From a virus, in IMG/VR virus record IMGVR_UViG_3300035698_008634: a stretch of DNA of 13,566 nt; one strand, given 5' to 3'. The translations under genes were made by a program, and so were the position numbers. How positions within the stretch are numbered: position 1 is the first letter of the stretch; every line of letters begins with the position of its first letter. Shown here piece after piece: positions 1 through 7,859 of the stretch. The notes under the pieces are model-generated. The model had not been told where the DNA came from and made no database searches. It was given only the letters and a program-made list of their open reading frames with translations.

Positions 1-465
1 CAATATAATCTTTCCATTTTGTAAGTTTTGCATAACGATTATTTATAGAAAAACATAATGTATCTATTTTACCTAATATAATTTCATTTTCAATTGGCAA
101 TTGATGATCCAACCCGTCATAATCAATCTTACAAATTATCATATCGGTTGAATTATCAAAATTCTGTACAATAGTTTCTAAATAATTTGGATATAGAACA
201 TTATCATCGTCTAAATAAATTAAATATTTTCCTTTTGATATATTGTTTGTTAAATAGTTTCTTTGACTAGATCCTCCATCATTTTTCATATCAATATAAT
301 AATACTTGATATTTTCTTTTCTGAAACTATCTATTATATTTTTTACATTTTCATCGTGACCATCCGAACATATTAACATTTCCCAATTTGTATAAGTTTG
401 ATTAAGTACAGAATTAATTGCTCTTGTTAATTCTTGTGGTCGTTTATATGTTGGTGTTATAATAC
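1..465 (-). other. Family-2 glycosyltransferase domain (C-terminal domain of the minus-strand protein, truncated by the window edge).
   Basis: LISIITPTYKRPQELTRAINSVLNQTYTNWEMLICSDGHDENVKNIIDSFRKENIKYYYIDMKNDGGSSQRNYLTNNISKGKYLIYLDDDNVLYPNYLETI matches the GT2 consensus (ITPTYNR...L.S...QTY...E.I..DDGS...DADD). Confidence 0.7.
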
Positions 466-2824
466 TTATTAATGGATTTATATCATCACGATAATCTTCT
501 GGTGGGATTGGGATGTAATAAAGACCCAAATTTTTTGGTGAATAAAAATTATAAAAGTTATTAGGGGTTGAATTTATCCATTTTTCACACTTAATGCGAA
601 TCCACAATTTGACATCATAGGGTTCTTTTTCTTTTTCAAAAGTTGGATATTCTAATTTTTGAATATGATTTGAATTTGACCACCAAAAATTACCGGTATA
701 AATTGGAACTTCTGGATTATAATTGTATAAAGAACCAACAGTATCATACCCTTCATTTAATTTATCAACACAATCGTACCATCTTTCGATATTGAAATAT
801 TCTAAACATTCTCTCCATTTTTTTATGGACTCTAAATTTCTCATTGTCTCATTAGGATCATATTCATCGTTGTTGTTTATTTGCAAATTATGTTCACTCC
901 ATACACCTTTTAAATGAAAATATAAAATATATGATTCCTCGATATTTTGACAAAAATCCCACAAATGTTGTAATGTGTAATATTCATAGAAATTATTTTC
1001 AAATCTTTTTATTATTATTTTTTGATCAACATCATAATCTTTAATAATTTGTGTGAACAACATCCATTGTTCATCATCTCCAAAGGAATTCAAAAATATC
1101 AAACTAGAATTATTATACAAACCAGAAGATTTTAATTTATTTAATTGATGGGTTAATATTTCTAACCAATTATTAATTAAATAATTGTGACCAAAAATAT
1201 ATATGTTTTTTTTCTTTTCTTTTCTAAAAACGAAATGATTAGATTGTTCTATTAATTTATAATCATTATCAACCATATAAGGTAATAAAAATTTTCCATT
1301 ATTTAAATTTTGTTCAATCGTATCATTTATGGTAATATATTTGTAATAATTTATTTTATCATCTTTTATTACTTGTGAATATGGGATATTTTTTTCATTT
1401 TTCATAAAATATTCCAATAATTCTAATTGTTTTATTTTTAGTTGTTCTAAATCTGTTTCATTTATATTTAAATCTATATTTAATTTTTCATTATCTATAA
1501 CATTAATAGAATGAATATATCTTTTGACATAATCTTGAAATAGAAGTTTACTATAAGTATTATAATGTTCGCCTGCTCTATGTTCTAAATTCCAATCACT
1601 TAAACGTTCATATTTTTTTCTAGATTTTTCTGTAAGAATTTCATATGATAACCATTTATATTGCAATAATTTTATTTCTTCTTTTTCACTCCATTTGACA
1701 TTTCCTTTTGGTTCACATTTATGACATCCCATATGATAATTTATATCAATTACTGGGTTGAAAATAGCATTTTTATTTAAATATTCTGAATCTTTAGTGC
1801 CCCTTTTTATGATTTGGGGTAAATATTTTCCTTTTTCAAATATTGGATATTCCATTGATATCATATCAAAACCTTCGATTAATGGAATAGTAATACCATT
1901 TTCTTTATATTTTTTTAATTTTTCTTTTAAATTTGGATGATACAAAAATTCATCCATATCACAAACTATCATCCAATCATAATCATTTCTATATTTCTTC
2001 CATTTTTCATTCCATATACTAACCGCCCATCTGGTATCTGTTTTTTCGTTTATTTCAACAATTAATTCGGCCACAGGACATTGACGGATAATTTCTTGTG
2101 TCCCATCATTAGAACCCCCATCGAAAAATAAAATTTTATCAACACCAACAAAATTAACATAATAATCTATCCAAAATGGAATAATTTCAATTTCATTATA
2201 ACACATAGTTGATACACAAATTTTCATATCTTTCTTTTCAAATTTTTCTTTTTCAACATACCAAGACCAAGTGTCCTTTTTGACAATTTCTATATTTTTA
2301 TCAAAGAATTCGTTTACTGCCCTGACAACACCCGGCCAGTCACCTTGATTATAATCATGACCACCTATCACACCATTATCTTTGACTTTAGGATACCAAT
2401 CTTGAATATCTCTTTTTACCGATTCATAATCATGTGCACCATCAATAAAAACAAAATCTAATGATTTATCCTTATAATTTTGAACAACATCGAAAGACCA
2501 TCCATGAACAGGATTTATATAATCTTTAATAGGATTTATATTATCTAAAAAATCATCGTATAAAGTTTTATCTAAACTTTTTATGATATCATCATGTAAA
2601 GACTGATCATTTCCACCACCTTTTGATCCTTCCCAAGTGTCTATCGCGTCAAATTTTATTTTTTTCCCTGAATTTAATATTTCAACCCCCATATATGATG
2701 TAGATTTTCCCATCCAAGAACCAATTTCAACAAAATGAGAACCATCAGGAAATTTCTCAACCATTTGTTTATAAATTGATTCGAAATCAAACCAACCATC
2801 TATATTCTGATAAAAATGATCCAT
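1..2824 (-). CDS. Large multidomain glycan-modifying protein, 3' end of the gene lies beyond the window start. Domains: N-terminal class I SAM-dependent methyltransferase, GT-A-like glycosyltransferase, an unclassified middle region, and a C-terminal family-2 glycosyltransferase.
   Basis: I reverse-complemented and translated the full 2824 nt; the frame stays open from ATG at 2824-2822, with an in-frame TAA immediately upstream, to position 1 (at least 941 aa). It is absent from the ORF track because no stop falls inside the window. N-terminus MDHFYQNIDGWFDFESIYKQMVEKFPDGSHFVEIGSWMGKSTSYMGVEILNSGKKIKFDAIDTWEGS...LDFVFIDGAHDYESVKRDIQDWYPKVKDNGVIGGHDYNQ is a Methyltransf_24/TylF-MycF-like class I methyltransferase (glycine-rich SAM motif VEIGSWMG, acidic FIDGAHDY, GHDY). 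The second domain ICVSTMCYNEIEIIPFWIDYY...ILFFDGGSNDGTQEII...YDWMIVCDMDEFLYHP carries a DXD motif in a GT-A context. The C-terminal domain LISIITPTYKRPQELTRAINSVLNQTYTNWEMLICSDGHDENV...YLIYLDDDNVLYPNYL is a textbook GT2 N-terminus with a DXD motif. Confidence 0.85.
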   Translation of the reverse strand, partial: MDHFYQNIDGWFDFESIYKQMVEKFPDGSHFVEIGSWMGKSTSYMGVEILNSGKKIKFDAIDTWEGSKGGGNDQSLHDDIIKSLDKTLYDDFLDNINPIKDYINPVHGWSFDVVQNYKDKSLDFVFIDGAHDYESVKRDIQDWYPKVKDNGVIGGHDYNQGDWPGVVRAVNEFFDKNIEIVKKDTWSWYVEKEKFEKKDMKICVSTMCYNEIEIIPFWIDYYVNFVGVDKILFFDGGSNDGTQEIIRQCPVAELIVEINEKTDTRWAVSIWNEKWKKYRNDYDWMIVCDMDEFLYHPNLKEKLKKYKENGITIPLIEGFDMISMEYPIFEKGKYLPQIIKRGTKDSEYLNKNAIFNPVIDINYHMGCHKCEPKGNVKWSEKEEIKLLQYKWLSYEILTEKSRKKYERLSDWNLEHRAGEHYNTYSKLLFQDYVKRYIHSINVIDNEKLNIDLNINETDLEQLKIKQLELLEYFMKNEKNIPYSQVIKDDKINYYKYITINDTIEQNLNNGKFLLPYMVDNDYKLIEQSNHFVFRKEKKKNIYIFGHNYLINNWLEILTHQLNKLKSSGLYNNSSLIFLNSFGDDEQWMLFTQIIKDYDVDQKIIIKRFENNFYEYYTLQHLWDFCQNIEESYILYFHLKGVWSEHNLQINNNDEYDPNETMRNLESIKKWRECLEYFNIERWYDCVDKLNEGYDTVGSLYNYNPEVPIYTGNFWWSNSNHIQKLEYPTFEKEKEPYDVKLWIRIKCEKWINSTPNNFYNFYSPKNLGLYYIPIPPEDYRDDINPLISIITPTYKRPQELTRAINSVLNQTYTNWEMLICSDGHDENVKNIIDSFRKENIKYYYIDMKNDGGSSQRNYLTNNISKGKYLIYLDDDNVLYPNYLETIVQNFDNSTDMIICKIDYDGLDHQLPIENEIILGKIDTLCFSINNRYAKLTKWKDYI
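1690..2220 (-). other. GT-A-like glycosyltransferase domain (second domain of the minus-strand protein).
   Basis: ICVSTMCYNEIEIIPFWIDYYVNFVGVDKILFFDGGSNDGTQEIIRQCP ... RNDYDWMIVCDMDEFLYHPNLKE. Nucleotide-sugar transferase-like layout with a DXD motif (CDMDE). Family uncertain (GT2, GT92-like or DUF23-like). Confidence 0.55.
2281..2824 (-). other. Methyltransferase domain (about aa 1-185) of the minus-strand multidomain protein. Paralogous to the stand-alone methyltransferase at 7856..8734.
   Basis: HFVEIGSWMGKSTSYMGVEILNSGKKIKFDAIDTWEGS aligns with [66 protein letters not shown] aligns with [28 protein letters not shown]. About 50% identity by eye. Confidence 0.75.
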
Positions 2825-2924
2825 ATATTAATCTTTTTTTTAATGTATTGAATTAAACATCCATTGTTTTATTTTTAAACATTCTTTTAATTATTTTTTA
2901 TATAGAAAAAAATAGGTGATCGAA
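2825..2924. promoter_or_regulatory. Divergent intergenic region between the minus-strand multidomain gene and the + strand gene array. Presumed bidirectional promoter region.
   Basis: About 100 nt of AT-rich non-coding DNA separates two divergently oriented starts (2824 minus, 2925 plus). It contains tatataga at 2899-2906, and GGTGA at 2915-2919 sits 5 nt before ATG 2925 (Shine-Dalgarno-like). Confidence 0.35.
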
Positions 2925-3368
2925 ATGTTACATTTTAAAGAATTGAATTATCTGAATATTATAAAATTGTATTACTTTCTGGTGAGAAACAAAAACGATT
3001 TTAATTTATTTCATCCACACGAATATAATATGAATTCTTTATTCAGAAATATTCACAACAAAAAAGATTTTTTTGTTTGTTTATTTTATAAAAATAAAAT
3101 TGTTGGTTATGGTATGCTAAGAGGATGGAAGGAAGGATATGATATACCCTCTTTAGGGATAATGATAGATAAAGATTATAGAGGAATGGGTTTATCAAAA
3201 ATTTTGATGGAATATTTACACATAATTTGTAAATTTAAGAAATGTGATCGTGTTATGTTGAAAGTTGCAAAAAATAATGAAAGTGCCATAAATTTATATA
3301 AAAAATTAGAATATGAACTTGATAATTATAATGAAGTATTTATGATTGGGTACAAAAAAATAAAATAA
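2925..3368 (+). CDS. GNAT-family N-acetyltransferase, probably a sugar N-acetyltransferase.
   Basis: The ORF track starts at GTG 2916; the in-frame ATG at 2925 (MLHFKELNY...), preceded by GGTGA, is preferred. Acetyl-CoA binding motif A region VGYGMLRGWKEGYDIPSLGIMIDKDYRGMGLSKILMEYL (R-G-x-G-x-S) is followed by a C-terminal AINLYKKLEY, the typical GNAT beta-alpha C-terminus. About 147 aa, a normal GNAT size. Confidence 0.75.
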   Translation: MLHFKELNYLNIIKLYYFLVRNKNDFNLFHPHEYNMNSLFRNIHNKKDFFVCLFYKNKIVGYGMLRGWKEGYDIPSLGIMIDKDYRGMGLSKILMEYLHIICKFKKCDRVMLKVAKNNESAINLYKKLEYELDNYNEVFMIGYKKIK

Positions 3369-3370
3369 AT

Positions 3371-4405
3371 ATGAATAAAAATTGTATAATCATAACATCT
3401 TATCCATCAACTGAATATAAACTAAATGTTTTGAAAAAATCTTTGAATTCTATAAAGATTTTGAAAGATAAATTTGATATCGTTTTGTGTTCACAATATC
3501 CCGTCACGGATAAAGAAATTCTTTCCTCTGTTGATTATTTTTTATATGATAATGATGATATTGAAAGTTTTTATAATTACGGTGATGTACATACCTACGA
3601 TTTTCATTGGCGATTTGGTATAGATAATATACAATTTACGGATATTTTTGATAATACATATCATTTTATGTTATGGAAATTAATATACATGGGATTGAAT
3701 TTCTCAGATTCTATGGGGTATGATTTTTTCTACTATATGGAAGGTGATTTTGAAATATTGTCAGAAAATTTTTCGGATAAAATTATAAAATTGAAACAAA
3801 ATATGATTGAAAAAGAAAAAGAAATTATTTTGTTTAATTTGCAACACGATAAAGATGAAGATATAGATTTTTTTCTGGGTGTTTTATGGGGTGGTAAAAT
3901 TAAAAGATTCTTGAAAAATGATATTCCCATTAATAAAGAAGATTGGGTAAATGATAATTTTTATACATCTCACCCACTTGAATATATAATGTATCAAAAA
4001 ATTTATCAAAAATCAAAAGATAAAATTGACAAAATTTATTTTGAAGATGGATTATCTATTCTAAGAGATGATGAAATTATTTTAAATAAATTACATTGTT
4101 TAAGTGGATTGAAAACTTTATTTTATTTTGATAAAACACAACCAGAAATATTGTATGTTTTTTTGAATAACAATCAACCAAATAAAAAAACAATAAAAAT
4201 TTATTTTGATGATCTTCTATTTTTGGATAAGGTTTTTAACCCCAATGAATATTATTCGAATGTTGTGTCCATAAAAGATGTCCTGAATAAACAAGTGAAA
4301 TGGACTATATATGATGATGATGTGATATTTTTTGAGAAATCTTTTTATTTGGATGAAAATAGACTTGAAAATGTTAAAAGAAAGGGGTTAATATTATATA
4401 TTTAA
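3371..4405 (+). CDS. Hypothetical protein, 344 aa. Possible GT-A-fold glycosyltransferase.
   Basis: Long ATG-initiated ORF that starts 2 nt after the GNAT stop. Its N-terminus NCIIITSYPSTEYKLNVLKKSLNSIKILKDKFDIVLCSQ resembles the first beta-alpha-beta of nucleotide-diphospho-sugar transferases, and several acidic DxD-like motifs are present (YDNDD, YDDDV). I recognise no firm family. Confidence 0.6.
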   Translation: MNKNCIIITSYPSTEYKLNVLKKSLNSIKILKDKFDIVLCSQYPVTDKEILSSVDYFLYDNDDIESFYNYGDVHTYDFHWRFGIDNIQFTDIFDNTYHFMLWKLIYMGLNFSDSMGYDFFYYMEGDFEILSENFSDKIIKLKQNMIEKEKEIILFNLQHDKDEDIDFFLGVLWGGKIKRFLKNDIPINKEDWVNDNFYTSHPLEYIMYQKIYQKSKDKIDKIYFEDGLSILRDDEIILNKLHCLSGLKTLFYFDKTQPEILYVFLNNNQPNKKTIKIYFDDLLFLDKVFNPNEYYSNVVSIKDVLNKQVKWTIYDDDVIFFEKSFYLDENRLENVKRKGLILYI

Positions 4406-4449
4406 AACATTTACCTCATTCTTTTTTATAAATAAAAACAATAAATAAA

Positions 4450-4752
4450 ATGGCTGATACATTAGGTGGTTTAATTGATAAATTATTAACCGTTGATTTA
4501 AAAATGTGGAATAATCAAGAGACATTATATCAAATAAGAAAAATGACTTTTGATGAATATAAGACGAAATATTTCGACACTGAAGATGGTGCGAAAATTT
4601 TATGGGAACAATTAAAAAAAGCAACAGATCTTAATTTTCAAAGGAATCAATTAATTGATGAAATCGATGATTTAATTGTCACTATGATTGAGAAAGGTGC
4701 CGATAAAGAAAGTTTGGAACCTTTTATCCAACGAAAACATAAGACATATTAA
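4450..4752 (+). CDS. Hypothetical small acidic protein, 100 aa.
   Basis: ATG-initiated ORF that fills the gap between neighbouring genes on the same strand. Predicted helical (LIDKLLTVDLKMWNNQETLYQIRKM...). No family recognised. Confidence 0.5.
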   Translation: MADTLGGLIDKLLTVDLKMWNNQETLYQIRKMTFDEYKTKYFDTEDGAKILWEQLKKATDLNFQRNQLIDEIDDLIVTMIEKGADKESLEPFIQRKHKTY

Positions 4753-4786
4753 AACTTGGACTTGGATGAAAAAATGATAAATTTTA

Positions 4787-5866
4787 ATGATACCGATATA
4801 TAAACCATATTTGCCTGATCACGTAACAAAATATGCACACGACGCAATAGATTCGACATGGATATCAAGTAGTGGTGATTATTTAAATAAAACAACAAAT
4901 AAAATAAAAGAGTTATTTGGATATAAATATGTTCTATTAACAAATAATGGCACAACAGCCTGTCATCTAATGTCAATTGGGTTGAAATATAAATATCCAA
5001 ATATAGAGGAAATTATAGTTCCCAACAACGTATATGTTGCTGGTTGGAACGCGTTTAAAATGAATCCCGTATACAAATTCACACCAATCGATTCTGATAT
5101 AAATACTTGGAATTGTGATTATAATTCGATTGATCCAAAAGGTGAGTATACATTTCTAATAATTCATAATATAAATTCTATAATAAATGTTCCATTGTTA
5201 AAAGAAAAATATCCAAATAGTATAATTTTAGAAGATAACTGTGAAGGGTTTTTGGGGAAATATAATGGAAAATATACAGGTACAGAATCTCTAATATCAA
5301 CAGTCTCTTTTTTTGGAAATAAAAATATAACATCTGGTGAAGGGGGTGCGGTCATGTTTTCTGATCCTGATCTTTTTGATTATTTAAATTCTGTTAGGTG
5401 TCAAGGTTGTACAGATAAGAAGTTTATATTTGATAAATTGGGGTATAATTATAGAATGACTAATGTTCAGGCAGCTCTTATTTATGGTCAATTGTTGAAT
5501 TTGGAAGAAATAATTGAGAGAAAACAGAATATTATCGATTCATATAATAAACATTTAAATCACGAAAAAATAGTTTTTCAAGAAACTGATAAAAATACTG
5601 ATAGATCAAATTGGATGTGTGGGGTGAGATTTGAAGGTTTTGAAGAAATAGATTTGAAGAAATTGGAATTGATATTGTTTGAAAACGGTATAGAGACAAG
5701 AAGAATGTTTCCACCAATTAATTATCACAAACATTATGAAAAAGAGGTTAGTATAAATGATAATTCTAAAATCATATATGATTCGAGTTTAATTCTTCCT
5801 AGTTATCCAGAATTAAATGAATATCAGATAAGTAAAATATGTGATATTATAAAAAAACAATTATAA
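4787..5866 (+). CDS. DegT/DnrJ/EryC1/StrS-family PLP-dependent sugar aminotransferase. Candidate GDP-4-keto-6-deoxy-D-mannose 4-aminotransferase (GDP-perosamine synthase-like).
   Basis: The N-terminus MIPIYKPYLPDHVTKYAHDAIDSTWISSSGDY...KELFGYKYVLLTNNGTTACHLMSIGL matches the family pattern (IP...P.L...E..A...VL.SGW...G....FE..FA...G.KYA..V.SGT.AL.LAL). SFFGNKNITSGEGGAVMFSD contains the catalytic Schiff-base lysine (SFxxxKxxxxGEGG). YNYRMTNVQAALIYGQL matches the family's NYRM...AA.G..QL motif. 359 aa, the usual size. Confidence 0.85.
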   Translation: MIPIYKPYLPDHVTKYAHDAIDSTWISSSGDYLNKTTNKIKELFGYKYVLLTNNGTTACHLMSIGLKYKYPNIEEIIVPNNVYVAGWNAFKMNPVYKFTPIDSDINTWNCDYNSIDPKGEYTFLIIHNINSIINVPLLKEKYPNSIILEDNCEGFLGKYNGKYTGTESLISTVSFFGNKNITSGEGGAVMFSDPDLFDYLNSVRCQGCTDKKFIFDKLGYNYRMTNVQAALIYGQLLNLEEIIERKQNIIDSYNKHLNHEKIVFQETDKNTDRSNWMCGVRFEGFEEIDLKKLELILFENGIETRRMFPPINYHKHYEKEVSINDNSKIIYDSSLILPSYPELNEYQISKICDIIKKQL

Positions 5867-5937
5867 AATGATATCATGTAGATAAATAAAACAAATCTCT
5901 GTTTTAGATATAAATAAGAAAAAAACAATCAATTAAG

Positions 5938-6237
5938 ATGGAAACAGAAAAAATTAAGAATGGACTTCCAGATATTAAAGTTTTGGAAATAAACAAGGAA
6001 TATTTGATAATAGATAAGCTCAAAAATAAAACAACTAGAGAGGTGCAAAAAATCAAATTAGTAAGAGAATCGAAAACCTCTTTTCTTATATCATTTAAAC
6101 CTGATAACCTTTTCGGTATTGTAATTGATGAGGATGAATGGTTGTTAAAACATGAATTTTTTGAAAGATATCAAATAGTTGAAGAATTGAATGCCGGGAA
6201 TTATGTTGTGACTGATACAAATGTTGTTGATATGTAA
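5938..6237 (+). CDS. Hypothetical protein, 99 aa.
   Basis: ATG ORF. Its stop overlaps the next start as TAATG (6235-6239). No family recognised. Confidence 0.45.
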   Translation: METEKIKNGLPDIKVLEINKEYLIIDKLKNKTTREVQKIKLVRESKTSFLISFKPDNLFGIVIDEDEWLLKHEFFERYQIVEELNAGNYVVTDTNVVDM

Positions 6238-6557
6238 TGAAACCACTAAAAAATGAATTAACGGTTGTTGGTACAATAACATCGAAACAAATCAGAGATT
6301 GTTTGGTTGATTTGGCCAGACAACCATTTGGTTGTTGTGTTAGATATAAAGATGGGACATTTCATCAGGTTACAATAGATTCAAATGATGAAATAAAAAT
6401 AGAAGATTATGATCCTTGGTTTGAATGTGAAAATGAAAACGAATTGAAAAAATACATAGAAACAAACAATGAGGAATTTTATAATTTTGTAAGATGGCAA
6501 GAGTTACAGAACATATTTGATGATGAGGAAATAAATGATGACATTTTTGAAAAATAA
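6237..6557 (+). CDS. Hypothetical acidic protein, 106 aa.
   Basis: ATG ORF translationally coupled to the upstream ORF through a TAATG overlap. Glu/Asp-rich C-terminus. No family recognised. Confidence 0.45.
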   Translation: MKPLKNELTVVGTITSKQIRDCLVDLARQPFGCCVRYKDGTFHQVTIDSNDEIKIEDYDPWFECENENELKKYIETNNEEFYNFVRWQELQNIFDDEEINDDIFEK

Positions 6558-6720
6558 ATATAGTATGGATAAAAATTTTACACCATATTGGGATATTGTA
6601 GAGAAGAAATCAGAATTTATCCCTTTTATAAAATTATCATCATTACCAAAAAAGGTAAGAGTGGGTTTCGGGGGAGGATATTTCTCACGAAGAATTAAAA
6701 AACAAGAATCAGATGAATGA
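6535..6720 (+). CDS. Small hypothetical ORF, 61 aa, uncertain.
   Basis: ATG ORF that overlaps the previous ORF by 23 nt. Its stop overlaps the GMD start as ATGA (6717-6720). Basic, Gly-rich tail ([15 protein letters not shown]). It may be real or may only fill the gap. Confidence 0.3.
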   Translation: MMTFLKNKYSMDKNFTPYWDIVEKKSEFIPFIKLSSLPKKVRVGFGGGYFSRRIKKQESDE

Positions 6721-7859
6721 AGAAAGCATTAATTACAGGAATAACAGGACAAGATGGGAGTTATCTCGCAGATTTACTGTTAGAAAAAGGTTATGAAGTA
6801 CATGGAATAATCAGACGTTCTAGTTCTTTTAACACACAAAGATTGGAACATATTTATCATAATCCAAACTTAAAATTACATTACGGGGATGTTACTGATA
6901 GTATATCTTTAGATAGCATCATAAGTAAATTAAAACCAGAAGAAATTTATAATTTATCTGCACAATCACATGTTGCTGTTAGTTTTGAAATTCCCGAATA
7001 TACTGGTCAGGTTGATGCACTCGGTGTACTGAAATTATTGGAAATTGTTAAAAAACATTGTCCCACAGCAAAAATTTATCAAGCTTCAACAAGTGAATTG
7101 TTTGGTAAAGTTCAAGAAGTTCCCCAAAAAGAAACTACACCATTCTATCCACGTAGTCCTTATGGTGTTGCAAAACTATACGCATATTGGATATGTAGAA
7201 ATTATAGAGAGTCATATGGTCTTTTTATATCAAATGGTATATTATTTAATCACGAATCAGAAAGAAGGGGTGAAACGTTTGTCACAAGAAAGATAACAAA
7301 GGGGTTGACGAATTGGTATAAGACAGGTGAACCAATTAAACTTGGTAATTTAGATGCACGAAGAGATTGGGGATACGCGAAAGAGTATGTTGAGGTTATG
7401 TATTTGATGTTACAACAGGATGAACCTGATGATTTTGTAATATCGACAGGAGAAGCACATTCTAACAGAGAATTTGTAGAAGAAGCATTCCAATATATGA
7501 ATCATGGAAAACTAACATGGGTGGGTGAAGGTTTAGATGAAAAGGGTGTTGATGAAAAAGGGAATGATGTTGTGTTAACAGATCCCAGATATTTGAGACC
7601 ATCTGATGTGGAATTGTTAGTGGGAGATTCTACTAAAATAAAAGAAATGTTGGGTTGGGAAGCGAAAGTTAAATTTAAAGAGTTGGTTAAAATTATGATG
7701 TTACATGATCTGGGTGATATTGTTAAAAACAATGAAGAAAATAAATCATGTGATGATTATAGAGAAACCATGTTTAATGCATGGAAAAATAAAGAAGGAG
7801 ATAAATTTGAAGAGTTGGTTAAAGGGTGGATAAAAAAAGAGAAAGAGGAAAATAAATGA
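6717..7859 (+). CDS. gmd: GDP-mannose 4,6-dehydratase (EC 4.2.1.47).
   Basis: The N-terminus [48 protein letters not shown] is the near-invariant GMD Rossmann/TGxxGxxG signature. The catalytic SDR triad region is conserved (STSELFG ... [22 protein letters not shown] with YxxxK), followed by [18 protein letters not shown]. It carries a C-terminal Lys/Glu-rich extension of about 45 aa and a 15-nt tandem duplication at 7536-7565. Confidence 0.95.
   Translation: MKKALITGITGQDGSYLADLLLEKGYEVHGIIRRSSSFNTQRLEHIYHNPNLKLHYGDVTDSISLDSIISKLKPEEIYNLSAQSHVAVSFEIPEYTGQVDALGVLKLLEIVKKHCPTAKIYQASTSELFGKVQEVPQKETTPFYPRSPYGVAKLYAYWICRNYRESYGLFISNGILFNHESERRGETFVTRKITKGLTNWYKTGEPIKLGNLDARRDWGYAKEYVEVMYLMLQQDEPDDFVISTGEAHSNREFVEEAFQYMNHGKLTWVGEGLDEKGVDEKGNDVVLTDPRYLRPSDVELLVGDSTKIKEMLGWEAKVKFKELVKIMMLHDLGDIVKNNEENKSCDDYRETMFNAWKNKEGDKFEELVKGWIKKEKEENK

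Noticed and set aside
2916-2924. GTG start at 2916 for the GNAT gene.
   Set aside because: ATG at 2925 is in frame, is preceded by GGTGA at Shine-Dalgarno-like spacing, and gives a normal GNAT length. The GTG itself lies within that GGTGA.
3733-3930. Short antisense or alternative-frame ORFs from the six-frame track embedded in longer genes: 723..917 +, 1758..1940 +, 3733..3930 -, 4394..4624 -, 4749..5000 -, 5164..5355 -, 5532..5717 -, 7045..7296 +, 7502..7732 -, 7865..8047 -, 8762..8971 -, 10100..10297 +, 11218..11406 -, 11480..11692 +, 11707..11988 -, 12927..13232 -.
   Set aside because: Each lies wholly inside a longer ORF that has clear protein-family signatures or a better coding look. 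Their translations are low-complexity Ile/Phe/Leu/Ser strings typical of antisense reading of AT-rich coding DNA, and several use TTG starts.
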